Source: an uncultured bacterium
GTDB taxonomy: Bacteria; Bacillota_I; Bacilli_A; RFN20; CAG-826
Direction: 5' to 3'
DNA length: 64,000 bases
Assembly (NCBI GenBank): GCA_949290395.1
Contig: CASERQ010000002.1
Span: 8,505 to 72,504 of the forward strand
How positions within the stretch are numbered: position 1 is the first letter of the stretch; every line of letters starts with the position of its first letter. The position numbers and the translations under genes were made by a program. Below the pieces are notes generated by a model, which was not told the origin of the DNA, did not search any database, and saw only the letters and a list, made by a program, of their open reading frames with translations. Below, piece after piece: positions 46,144 through 55,261 of this stretch.

Positions 46144-48045
46144 ATGGATATTAAATTAAAAGGTTTAACAAAAATTTTCCCAGGGAACCCAAAAAAGCAC
46201 ATTAAAGATACTGTAGCTGTTGATGATTTTGATTTGGTTGTACCTGATGGAAAACTTGTTGGCTTACTTGGGCCTTCTGGTTGTGGTAAATCAACTACTC
46301 TTTATATGATTTCTGGTCTTCAAACACCAACTTCTGGCGAAGTTTGGTTTGGTGAAGAAGAAGTTACAAACCTTTCTCCTGAAAAAAGAGGTATTGGTTT
46401 AGTTTTCCAAAACTATGCTCTTTATCCTCATATGACAATTTATAAAAATGTCGAATTTCCATTACTTAATTTAAAAGTTGAAGTACCTTTAGTTACTTTC
46501 TTTGATTATCACATTCAATATACTTATACGATGAAAGAAGATGATCATTTAGAAGGCATTTTAAGATCTACAAAAACATTGATGGGCAAAATAGGTATTT
46601 CAAAAAGAGAATTTAAAATAACCAGTAACTTAGTTGGTAATGAATTAACTTTAAATATTGATTTATTAAAACAATCTAAAAAGAATAAGGAATTATTTAT
46701 TGATAATCTCCCAAGAATTATTGAACCAAGCAATACCGAAGTCGAAGAAGTCCAATCTAGCGATGCTCTTTTTGATTCAAAAATGAGATTTACATATGCC
46801 TTAGATAAAGAAAAGAAAATTGTTACAGGACAATTTGCTTTAGATTTAAATGTTGAAAAAGAGCGTAGTGGAGTTTTAGTAGCTGACATTCTTGATTTCA
46901 TTAGAGGTCATGGATTTAAAATTACCTACTCACCATCCTATGAAAATGGAAAAAAGACAACTTTAATTGTTTCTTTAAATCATAAGAGTGAAGCTGAAGC
47001 TTTAAGAGTTCTTGAAGAAGTTAAAGAAAAGTTCGACTGTGATGGTCATTTAAGAATTGACACTGTTGATACTAAAGAAATTAGAAAAGTTTTAGCAACT
47101 TCTTTAAGAAAATATATTAAAAATATAAGAGAATTATCTGCATATGATGATAATGGCGATACAGAATTCTATTTCTTGATCAAAAAGTTAAAAGAAGAAG
47201 AAATTCAAGAAGTTAAAGATATCGTTCATGCTAACTTTGATATCATTAAAGAAGATATTAAAACAAATGTTGCATTATCTTATAGAAAATTAACTGCTAA
47301 CGAAAGAAAAGATATTGTTCATGAAACTGCTAATCTTGTTCAAATTGAAGAATATCTTGAAAGAAAACCTGCACAACTTTCTGGCGGTCAACAGCAACGT
47401 GTTGCTATTGCTAGAGCCTTAGTTAAGAAACCAAAAGTCTTATTACTAGATGAACCTTTATCTAACTTAGACGCACGTTTAAGACTTCAAACCAGAGAAG
47501 AAATTAGAAGAATTCAACAAAATACAGGTATCACAACTGTTTTCGTTACTCACGACCAAGAAGAAGCAATGTCTATTTCTGATCAAATTGTTGTCATGAA
47601 AAATGGTATTAAACAACAAGTTGATTCTCCACAAAACGTTTTCAACAATCCTAAAAATTTATTCGTTGCTCAATTCTTAGGCAATCCACCAATTAATGTT
47701 TTTAAAGGAAGAGTTGAAAACGGAAACGTTATGATTGGTAACGATGTCATTTATAAAACTGAAGATAAGATTCCAAATCAAGAAGTTTTTATCGCAATTA
47801 GACCTGAAGGTTTTGTTGTAAGCGAAGAAAATAAAGAAGTTTTAAACGCTAACGCTGAGATGATACAAGTTCTTGGAAGAGATATTTCTATCATCGCTCA
47901 TAATGAAAATTGTTTACAACCATCTTTCAAAGTTATTATTCAACATACAGACAAGAACTTAAATGGACCAATTAAACTTAAAGTAGTTCCAGAAAAGATG
48001 TTCCTTTTCGATATTAATACAGAAGAAAGAATCTATATTAAATAG
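46144..48045 (+). CDS. MalK/UgpC-type ABC ATPase with ~270-aa insertion (ATPase-3)
   Basis: 633 aa. Same Walker/Q/signature/H motifs. The FPL-to-RKP distance is 300 aa. SD AAGGAGAAG. Confidence 0.9.
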   Translation: MDIKLKGLTKIFPGNPKKHIKDTVAVDDFDLVVPDGKLVGLLGPSGCGKSTTLYMISGLQTPTSGEVWFGEEEVTNLSPEKRGIGLVFQNYALYPHMTIYKNVEFPLLNLKVEVPLVTFFDYHIQYTYTMKEDDHLEGILRSTKTLMGKIGISKREFKITSNLVGNELTLNIDLLKQSKKNKELFIDNLPRIIEPSNTEVEEVQSSDALFDSKMRFTYALDKEKKIVTGQFALDLNVEKERSGVLVADILDFIRGHGFKITYSPSYENGKKTTLIVSLNHKSEAEALRVLEEVKEKFDCDGHLRIDTVDTKEIRKVLATSLRKYIKNIRELSAYDDNGDTEFYFLIKKLKEEEIQEVKDIVHANFDIIKEDIKTNVALSYRKLTANERKDIVHETANLVQIEEYLERKPAQLSGGQQQRVAIARALVKKPKVLLLDEPLSNLDARLRLQTREEIRRIQQNTGITTVFVTHDQEEAMSISDQIVVMKNGIKQQVDSPQNVFNNPKNLFVAQFLGNPPINVFKGRVENGNVMIGNDVIYKTEDKIPNQEVFIAIRPEGFVVSEENKEVLNANAEMIQVLGRDISIIAHNENCLQPSFKVIIQHTDKNLNGPIKLKVVPEKMFLFDINTEERIYIK

Positions 48046-48062
48046 TTTTTAAGTGGTAAATT

Positions 48063-49127
48063 ATGAGTATGAACGTAAACTTAGAAAGTAGACAAAACTT
48101 ATCTGAAGCTTCATTTGACGGCAAAAAAGATTCTTTTGTGTCGCAATATGATGACAAAGAAAACGTTATTGTCCACTTTGTTTCAAGAAAAAAATTAAAA
48201 GAAAAATTTAAGGTTGGTGGCGTTTTAGATAACGAACAATCCAATAACTGGAAAGCTTGGCTTTATCTTGCTCCTGTCCTTATTTTAATGGCGATTTTCT
48301 TAATTTATCCTTTAATTAACACAATTGTTATTTCTTTTTTAAGCAATTATAACTACGTTACTGGAGATTTTGATGGTTTTACTTTCGATAACTTTGGTGC
48401 AATACTTGGTCTAAGTGAAATAAATGGAGCACGAGATAATCGTCTTATAGACTATGGTTTTGCTAATACGTTTATATTGACCTTTGTTACCGTTCCTTTA
48501 GCTATTATTATTGCTTTACTTATTGCGGTTTTACTTAATTCGATTAAGTGGTTCCAAAAAGTTTATCAAATCGTATTCTTCTTACCTTATGTTACAAACA
48601 CTATAGCTATAGGTATGGTTTTCTCGGTCTTATTTGAAGATCAAGGTATTATTAACTATATTTTCGGAACTGACATAACATGGATTTATGGCGCTGATCG
48701 ATGGACAGCTATGGTTCCACTCTGCATTTATATTATTTGGTCATCCTTGCCATTTAAGATTCTTATTCTTTTAAGTGGATTACAAGGTATTGATAAACAA
48801 TATTATCAAGCTGCAAAAATTGACTCTACTCCACAATGGAGAGTCTTATTAAGAATTACTGTTCCAGCTTTATCACCACAAATCTTGTATCTTATGGTTA
48901 CAAGCTTTATTGGTGCCTTTAAAGAATATAGTTCGATTGTTGCTTTATTTAATGGTCCTGGTACATCAACAGGAAGCTACAATATGTACACAATCGTTTA
49001 CTATATTTACGACAACTTAACATTGAATACATCGTTAGCTGCTGCAGCAGCCGTCCTTCTCTTCTTAATCATTTTGGTCTTTACTTTTATCCAACTTGGT
49101 TTGTCCAAGAAGAGAGTTCACTATTAA
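48063..49127 (+). CDS. CUT1-family ABC permease (MalF/UgpA-like), copy 2
   Basis: 354 aa. NWKAWLYLAPVLILMAIFLIYPLINT parallels copy 1. EAA region AAKIDSTPQWRVLLRITVPALSP. Confidence 0.9.
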   Translation: MSMNVNLESRQNLSEASFDGKKDSFVSQYDDKENVIVHFVSRKKLKEKFKVGGVLDNEQSNNWKAWLYLAPVLILMAIFLIYPLINTIVISFLSNYNYVTGDFDGFTFDNFGAILGLSEINGARDNRLIDYGFANTFILTFVTVPLAIIIALLIAVLLNSIKWFQKVYQIVFFLPYVTNTIAIGMVFSVLFEDQGIINYIFGTDITWIYGADRWTAMVPLCIYIIWSSLPFKILILLSGLQGIDKQYYQAAKIDSTPQWRVLLRITVPALSPQILYLMVTSFIGAFKEYSSIVALFNGPGTSTGSYNMYTIVYYIYDNLTLNTSLAAAAAVLLFLIILVFTFIQLGLSKKRVHY

Positions 49128-49141
49128 GGAGGAGTTAATAT

Positions 49142-50134
49142 ATGTTCGCTAGTTCAAGAAGCTTAGACAATAGAAAACAATATATTAATTTCTACGAAGA
49201 TAAAGATATTGATGTAGATGTTTCAATTGTTATTAAAGAAGGTAACAAAAGTGTTGAATCTATTAGAAAAAGAGAAAAAGTTTCTAGTATTTTCTTAACA
49301 ATAATTTTATATATTGTCGTTACTTTCCTTGCTTTATTAATGGTTTTCCCATTTTATTGGATGATCATTACTTCCTTAAAAAACAATTCTGAAATTATTA
49401 GTGCTAATCAAACATTCTTCCCAACAATTGTTATGTGGTCGAACTATGTTTATGTTTTTAACCATTTCCATTTTGTTAACTACATGGTAAACACAATTGT
49501 TGTCGCAGTATTTTCTACTTTAGGTACATTAATAACTACCATTTTCGGTGCATTTGCTTTTGCTAGATTAAACTTCAAAGGTAGAGAAGGTTTATTCATG
49601 GTCTTCTTGATGACTATGATGATTCCTGGCGAAATGATGGTTATTTCTAACTATATTACAGTTGCAGCCTTTGGATGGATTGGAGAAGGTGCAACAAGAA
49701 TGGATGCTTACCTTGCAATGATTGTTCCTTTCTGGGTTAGTGTCTATTATATTTACTTGCTTAGACAAACATTTAAGCAAATTCCAAATGAACTATATTT
49801 AGCTGCTAAAGTCGATGGAAAGAGCGATTGGTCATTCTTATGGAAGGTCATGGTTCCTCTTGCGGCTCCAACACTAATCTCTATAACTATTTTGAAATTT
49901 ATGGGTACATGGAACTCTTACGTGTGGCCAAATCTTGTTGCCAACGAAGATGAATTCCGACTCATCTCAAATGGTTTAAGAGGTAGTAGTTTCGTTGATG
50001 CTGATAGTGGCAGAGTTGAATATGGTTATCAAACTGCAGCGACTGTTCTTGTTACTGTTCCGCTATTCTTATTATTTGTCTTCTTTAGAAAGTATATAAT
50101 GAGAGGCGTAGGTCGTGCAGGTATTAAAGGATAA
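49142..50134 (+). CDS. CUT1-family ABC permease (MalG/UgpE-like), copy 2
   Basis: 330 aa with AAKVDGKSDWSFLWKVMVPLAAP and C-terminus RAGIKG. Confidence 0.9.
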   Translation: MFASSRSLDNRKQYINFYEDKDIDVDVSIVIKEGNKSVESIRKREKVSSIFLTIILYIVVTFLALLMVFPFYWMIITSLKNNSEIISANQTFFPTIVMWSNYVYVFNHFHFVNYMVNTIVVAVFSTLGTLITTIFGAFAFARLNFKGREGLFMVFLMTMMIPGEMMVISNYITVAAFGWIGEGATRMDAYLAMIVPFWVSVYYIYLLRQTFKQIPNELYLAAKVDGKSDWSFLWKVMVPLAAPTLISITILKFMGTWNSYVWPNLVANEDEFRLISNGLRGSSFVDADSGRVEYGYQTAATVLVTVPLFLLFVFFRKYIMRGVGRAGIKG

Positions 50135-50155
50135 AATGGAGGTCTTTATTTAAAG

Positions 50156-51607
50156 ATGAAAAAGAAAATTTTTGCACTTGGCTTATTAGCTGTTGCAACC
50201 GCTGGTTTAGTCGCTTGTGGTCCTGAAAATCCAGTTGGACCAGTTGAAGGTGGTATCATTGATACTCCAACTGAAATCTATGTATGGACAACTGCTGGTG
50301 ATACTAGCCAAACAATCTTAAACAGATGGGTTAACGAATTTAAACAAGTCGAACCAAACGTAAAAGTTACCAATGTCAAACAAAGTGGTGGATATGATGA
50401 TCTTGAAAATATGATTATTACTGGTTTCACTGGTAATAACTATCCTGATCTTGCATATTGCTATCCAGATCATGTTTCTAACTATATTGACTATGGTAGA
50501 GCAGTTAAATTAGATGACTATATTGACAACGAAGAATATGGTTGGACAGAAGAAGAAAAAGCTGATTTTGTCGATGCTTATTTAGCAGAAGGCGAAGAAT
50601 ATACAGTTGATGGAACTTGGTCTTTACCTTTCTCTAAATCAACCGAAGCAATGTTCTATAATCGAGAGGTATTAGTTAACTTAGATCTTAGCGATATTGA
50701 TGACACAATTAATGGCGGTCTTCCATTAACTGATGAATATTTATCAAATCTTACATGGGAAGAGCTCTTTGGAAAACTTGCTCCAGCTTTATTAAGATAT
50801 GACGCTGAAGTAGAAAACATTATCGAAGAATGTGATGATGGTGAAACAAGAGTCTTTGGTTACGATAGTGATGATAACTTATTCATTACTCTTGCTAAAC
50901 AATATGGTTTTGACTACACAACAGTTGAAAATGGTAAAGGTGTTGCTCAATTCAACAACGATGGTATGAAAGATTTAATGAAGAAATTCAATTCTTACTA
51001 TCAAAATAACTATTTCATTACTAAAGGCGCAAATAACGATACCTACGTTAATGAATTATTTACAGCTAACCAACTTTTATTCTCTGTTGGTTCAACTGGT
51101 GGTATTACATATCAATTCAGCGCAGAAAACCCAATGGATGTTGGTGTTGCACCAATTCCACATGCTGAAGGTAAAGAAAAATTCACAATCATGCAAGGAC
51201 CAAGTATGTGTATATTAGATCATAACGATGATAATAGAGCACTTGCTTCTTGGTTATTCTATAAATTTATTACTGAAGCTGATAATACACTTGAATGGGC
51301 TTTAAATAGTACTGGTTATTCTCCAATTAGAGAATCAAATTTCCAAGATCCACTCTACTTAGAAGCAGCTGATGTTGAAGAAACTCAAGAAAAAACATCT
51401 GATAGATTAATCGCTCGTGGTTTTGGCTATTATAGCGATGTCAGAGATACATTCTTTACAAGCCCTGCATTCAAAGGTTCTTCACAAATCAGAACTCAAG
51501 TCGGTGGACTTCTCACAAACAGCTTATTAAGCAGCAATATCGATGCTGATATCGATAAATTATTCCAAGACGCTCTTGATCAATCCAATATTGCAATTGG
51601 TAAATAA
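50156..51607 (+). CDS. ABC substrate-binding lipoprotein (SBP-2)
   Basis: 483 aa. Lipobox LVAC. YCYPDHVSNYIDYG matches SBP-1 and SBP-3. Confidence 0.85.
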   Translation: MKKKIFALGLLAVATAGLVACGPENPVGPVEGGIIDTPTEIYVWTTAGDTSQTILNRWVNEFKQVEPNVKVTNVKQSGGYDDLENMIITGFTGNNYPDLAYCYPDHVSNYIDYGRAVKLDDYIDNEEYGWTEEEKADFVDAYLAEGEEYTVDGTWSLPFSKSTEAMFYNREVLVNLDLSDIDDTINGGLPLTDEYLSNLTWEELFGKLAPALLRYDAEVENIIEECDDGETRVFGYDSDDNLFITLAKQYGFDYTTVENGKGVAQFNNDGMKDLMKKFNSYYQNNYFITKGANNDTYVNELFTANQLLFSVGSTGGITYQFSAENPMDVGVAPIPHAEGKEKFTIMQGPSMCILDHNDDNRALASWLFYKFITEADNTLEWALNSTGYSPIRESNFQDPLYLEAADVEETQEKTSDRLIARGFGYYSDVRDTFFTSPAFKGSSQIRTQVGGLLTNSLLSSNIDADIDKLFQDALDQSNIAIGK

Positions 51608-51638
51608 TTTTTAAAATAATATTTTAGGAGGTGCTTTT

Positions 51639-53075
51639 ATGCAAAGAAACAAATTTACTAAATTTATGGTTATGACGCTTATGAGCGCCTCCTTTTTAGC
51701 AACATCTTGCGGAAACACACAAGATGGAGACCCAAATACCATAGTTTTCTGGCATACCTTTGGCGATTCTATTGAAGCAATTGTTGAAAGAAAAATTGCT
51801 CAATTTGAAGAAATTTATGAAAAAGAAAACAACGTTGATATAAAAATAGATTTTGCTTATCAAGGTGGATACGACGAAATCTTAGATAAAACAACAAAAA
51901 GTTTTACATCAGGCTCCGTTCCAACAATCGCCGTTGCATATCCAGACCACGTTGCTAATTATTTAGCAATTGATGAAACAAAAGATTATGTTTATAACCT
52001 TGAACCATTCTTCAATGATCCAGAAATTGGTTTTGGTGCTCAAGAAAGTTTTAATCCTTCTCTAAAAGGGGTTGATGATTTTGTACCTTCCTTTTTAGAA
52101 GAGGGTCAAAACTATATTAAAGAAGGAACTTATTCCTTACCTTTGATGAAATCTAGTGAAATATTGCTTTATAACGTTTCAAAAGCTACTATGTTGATTA
52201 GAGCTTATGATTCTAGTGTTACAAATGTACAAGACTATATAAATTCACTAGATTGGAATGAATTTATGGATCTATGTGAATTTGCTACAAATAATTTGGA
52301 GCAATATGGTGATGCCTTAAAAACTCCATTAATTTATGATAGTGATGCTAATTTATATATTTCACAATCATATCAAAGAGATATACCATATTTATCTTTA
52401 AATAATGGTAAAGGTGGCATTGATTTTAATAACGACGAAGCAAAAGCTTTAGTTACAGAATTAAAGAGTAATTACGGTAAAGGCTTGTTCTTAACAAAAG
52501 GTACAAATAATGACGAATATGGTAGTGATTCTTTTACAAGAGAAGAATGCATATTTACCGTAGGTTCAACTGGCGGAGCTGGTTATAACGACCCAGCATC
52601 ATTCTCTGGTTTTGAAGTTGGAGTTGCTAAAGTTCCTTCTGCAGGAATTGATGAAGCTCACAATAAATATGTCTCTCAAGGCGTTACTTTAACTATTCTT
52701 AAAAATCCAAGATATAGTGATGAAGTTAATGACCAAAGAGCAAAAATTGCATGGCAACTCATGAAATATCTTACAAACGAAGAAAATAATATTGATATTT
52801 GTTTATCTTCTAATGGTTATGCTCCTGTTCGTGAATCAAGTTATGAAAACGAAGTATATTTAGATTTTATGAACGAAGAAGATGACTTTATGGCAAAATG
52901 TGCACGTACAGTTGCTTACGAAATTAATGGAAATTACTTTAACTATCCTGTTTTCCAAGGTAGTGCAAGAGCTAGAGATGAAGTAGGTGGCATCATTACT
53001 CAAGTATTGCTTGGTGAAAAAACTGTTGAACAAGCGTTCGAAGACGCTTATAACCAAACATTAATTAATATGTAA
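51639..53075 (+). CDS. ABC substrate-binding lipoprotein (SBP-3)
   Basis: 478 aa. Lipobox-like LATSC. VAYPDHVANYL. SD AGGAGG. Confidence 0.85.
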   Translation: MQRNKFTKFMVMTLMSASFLATSCGNTQDGDPNTIVFWHTFGDSIEAIVERKIAQFEEIYEKENNVDIKIDFAYQGGYDEILDKTTKSFTSGSVPTIAVAYPDHVANYLAIDETKDYVYNLEPFFNDPEIGFGAQESFNPSLKGVDDFVPSFLEEGQNYIKEGTYSLPLMKSSEILLYNVSKATMLIRAYDSSVTNVQDYINSLDWNEFMDLCEFATNNLEQYGDALKTPLIYDSDANLYISQSYQRDIPYLSLNNGKGGIDFNNDEAKALVTELKSNYGKGLFLTKGTNNDEYGSDSFTREECIFTVGSTGGAGYNDPASFSGFEVGVAKVPSAGIDEAHNKYVSQGVTLTILKNPRYSDEVNDQRAKIAWQLMKYLTNEENNIDICLSSNGYAPVRESSYENEVYLDFMNEEDDFMAKCARTVAYEINGNYFNYPVFQGSARARDEVGGIITQVLLGEKTVEQAFEDAYNQTLINM

Positions 53076-53088
53076 TTTAGGAGGGCTT

Positions 53089-54498
53089 ATGAAGAAAAGT
53101 TTTAAATTTAAAATAGTTTATTCTGCATTATTTTTTCTTAGTTTGTCCTCAGTAGTTTCTTGCGGACCACAAGAACCTGAATTTATTGATTTTGCATCCA
53201 CAAGTGATGTTGTAAAACTTGGTTTAGAATATGAAGGACGCGATTTCTTTAAAGATGGTATTGCTGAAGTTGAACTTTATACTGCAATTGATGGAGATAC
53301 AGCTCATTTTAAAATGACTGAAGGGAATGATGAACTTATTAAATCAAGATTTTATGGTTTAGATACTCCAGAATCTACTGGAAAAGTCCAAGAATATGGC
53401 AAAGCTGCTTCAAATTTCACTAAAGAAAAATTACAAAAAGCTAATGAAAGTGGAACAATTGTTGTTTCTTCACCATTTTTTTATTATGGAGTTCCTCAAA
53501 CTGATTCAACTGGTGGCAGATATTTATCTTTAATTTGGATAAATGAAGAAAAAGAGCATGCTCCTATTAGTGAATTAAAATGTTTAAATTTAATGATTGT
53601 TCAAGAAGGATATTCTTGGGTTAAAAATTTAAATGAAATTCCTGAATATGTTGATGTTTTTACTGAAGCCGAACAACAAGCAAGAGATTTAAAACTTAAT
53701 TTATTCTCAGGAGAGCCAGACCCATTATTTAATTATGGCGATTATGTCGACGTTTCTTTACTCGATTTGAAAAAAGAAATCATAAAGAGTTTAGATGATC
53801 CAAATTATGAAAATCCTTATGATAATGCAAATATTAGAATTCAAGGTACTATAGTTGGTTATACCGATAGAATTATTTATCTTCAAACATATTTTGATGA
53901 AGAAACTGGTAGTACAAATCCTAATGGAGAATATGCTGGTATTAATATCTTTGCAGGTATGGGATCAATTCCTGCAAAATTCACGACAAGAAATAACTTT
54001 ATTGAAGTTTCTGGCGTCTTCCAAGATAGCGAAAACTTTGGATTCCAAGTAACGGACGTTGAATTACCACGTGTTGATTTAGGAAATCCAAATGCTGGTA
54101 AGGTTTTATTTACCGCTGATGAAATCGAAGATTCCTTAAAAGTTCATTCATTTGAATTCAAACCATCTGAATTAAAAGCACAAAATTATGATTGCTTATT
54201 CTCACCAATTACTTTTACAGAAAGTGTTTATGTAACTGGAGGATATGATGGTGAAGATTCAATTACACTTTATTTAGAAGATGAAGATGGCAATGAATTA
54301 GATTATAGTTGCTATATTCCATTCTTATATAGGCCAGATCTAGAAGATTCAACTGTATCTTATAGAAGTTATGAAGATTTTGTTGGTAAAGAATTTAGCG
54401 TCTCTAACTGTATTTATTCATTCCATAAAACTAGAGCTGGAAAATATAACTATCAAATTATTCCAACAACTAGTACAGATTTTGCTTTAGTAGCATAA
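53089..54498 (+). CDS. staphylococcal-nuclease (thermonuclease) family lipoprotein with C-terminal OB-like extension
   Basis: 469 aa. Lipobox VVSC. DGDTAHFKM...RFYGLDTPE...EYGKAASNFTKEKL parallels SNase DGDTVKL...LLLVDTPE...KYGPEASAFTKKMV. The C-terminal IRIQGTIVGYTDRIIYLQ...INIFAG...IEVSGVFQ resembles nuclease-type OB modules. Confidence 0.8.
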   Translation: MKKSFKFKIVYSALFFLSLSSVVSCGPQEPEFIDFASTSDVVKLGLEYEGRDFFKDGIAEVELYTAIDGDTAHFKMTEGNDELIKSRFYGLDTPESTGKVQEYGKAASNFTKEKLQKANESGTIVVSSPFFYYGVPQTDSTGGRYLSLIWINEEKEHAPISELKCLNLMIVQEGYSWVKNLNEIPEYVDVFTEAEQQARDLKLNLFSGEPDPLFNYGDYVDVSLLDLKKEIIKSLDDPNYENPYDNANIRIQGTIVGYTDRIIYLQTYFDEETGSTNPNGEYAGINIFAGMGSIPAKFTTRNNFIEVSGVFQDSENFGFQVTDVELPRVDLGNPNAGKVLFTADEIEDSLKVHSFEFKPSELKAQNYDCLFSPITFTESVYVTGGYDGEDSITLYLEDEDGNELDYSCYIPFLYRPDLEDSTVSYRSYEDFVGKEFSVSNCIYSFHKTRAGKYNYQIIPTTSTDFALVA

Positions 54499-54511
54499 AA
54501 AGGTGAATCGT

Positions 54512-55198
54512 ATGTATTGTTCAAATTGTGGTTTAAAAATTAACAAAAAACAAATTGATAAAGCACTTGAAAGCGATTTTAAAAACGCTAATAACATCAA
54601 GTATCTTTATAATTCACTTGTTGCTACTAAAAAGTTTGCTTTTAAGGAGAAAGCTAATCAGTTAAAAGAAGAAAACAAAGAGAACTATAAAGAAGAAGTT
54701 ATTAAGTTAAAAGAAGAGCTTAATAACGAAATCTTAGATTTAAAAGCAAAACTTAAAGCTAATGATTTAGAGTTCTTTAAAAGTGCTTTACATGTATCTG
54801 AAAAAAGAGATTTAAATACTAAAGATTATTACGTTTGCCCAAGATGTGGAAAACTTGTAAGAACAGATTTAAACGAAAAAGATATTAAATCACTTGCTCG
54901 TGCTGCTCACTCAGAGATTCATAGAGGAAGAAACAACATTTCTTCTGGAATGTGTGGGCTTATGATTGGTGCAATTTTAGCGATTATTGGATTTATGTTC
55001 TTTGCTTTATCTTTTAAAGCAACAAATGGTGGAATTTTAGATACAACCTGTGTTGAATTCTACGTATTTATTGTTTTAGTTTTGATTGGTGTTGCTTTAA
55101 TTACTTATGCCATTATTAATATTATTTATGGAAGAGAGAAAATCCATAACTATGAAAATCTCTTACGTAACATTAATAATGACGCTTTTCATCAATGA
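54512..55198 (+). CDS. zinc-ribbon / coiled-coil / 2-TM membrane protein
   Basis: CSNCG at the N-terminus and CPRCG about 105 aa later, with a charged coiled-coil segment between them. Two C-terminal TM helices. ATG 54512 is preferred (SD AAAGGTG); the track starts at GTG 54503. Ends with TGA. Confidence 0.5.
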   Translation: MYCSNCGLKINKKQIDKALESDFKNANNIKYLYNSLVATKKFAFKEKANQLKEENKENYKEEVIKLKEELNNEILDLKAKLKANDLEFFKSALHVSEKRDLNTKDYYVCPRCGKLVRTDLNEKDIKSLARAAHSEIHRGRNNISSGMCGLMIGAILAIIGFMFFALSFKATNGGILDTTCVEFYVFIVLVLIGVALITYAIINIIYGREKIHNYENLLRNINNDAFHQ

Positions 55199-55261
55199 TT
55201 TTTGCTCTTAGGGGAGTAGAAATATATTTAAAAGGTTTATTAAGACATTAAGGAGGAAATT

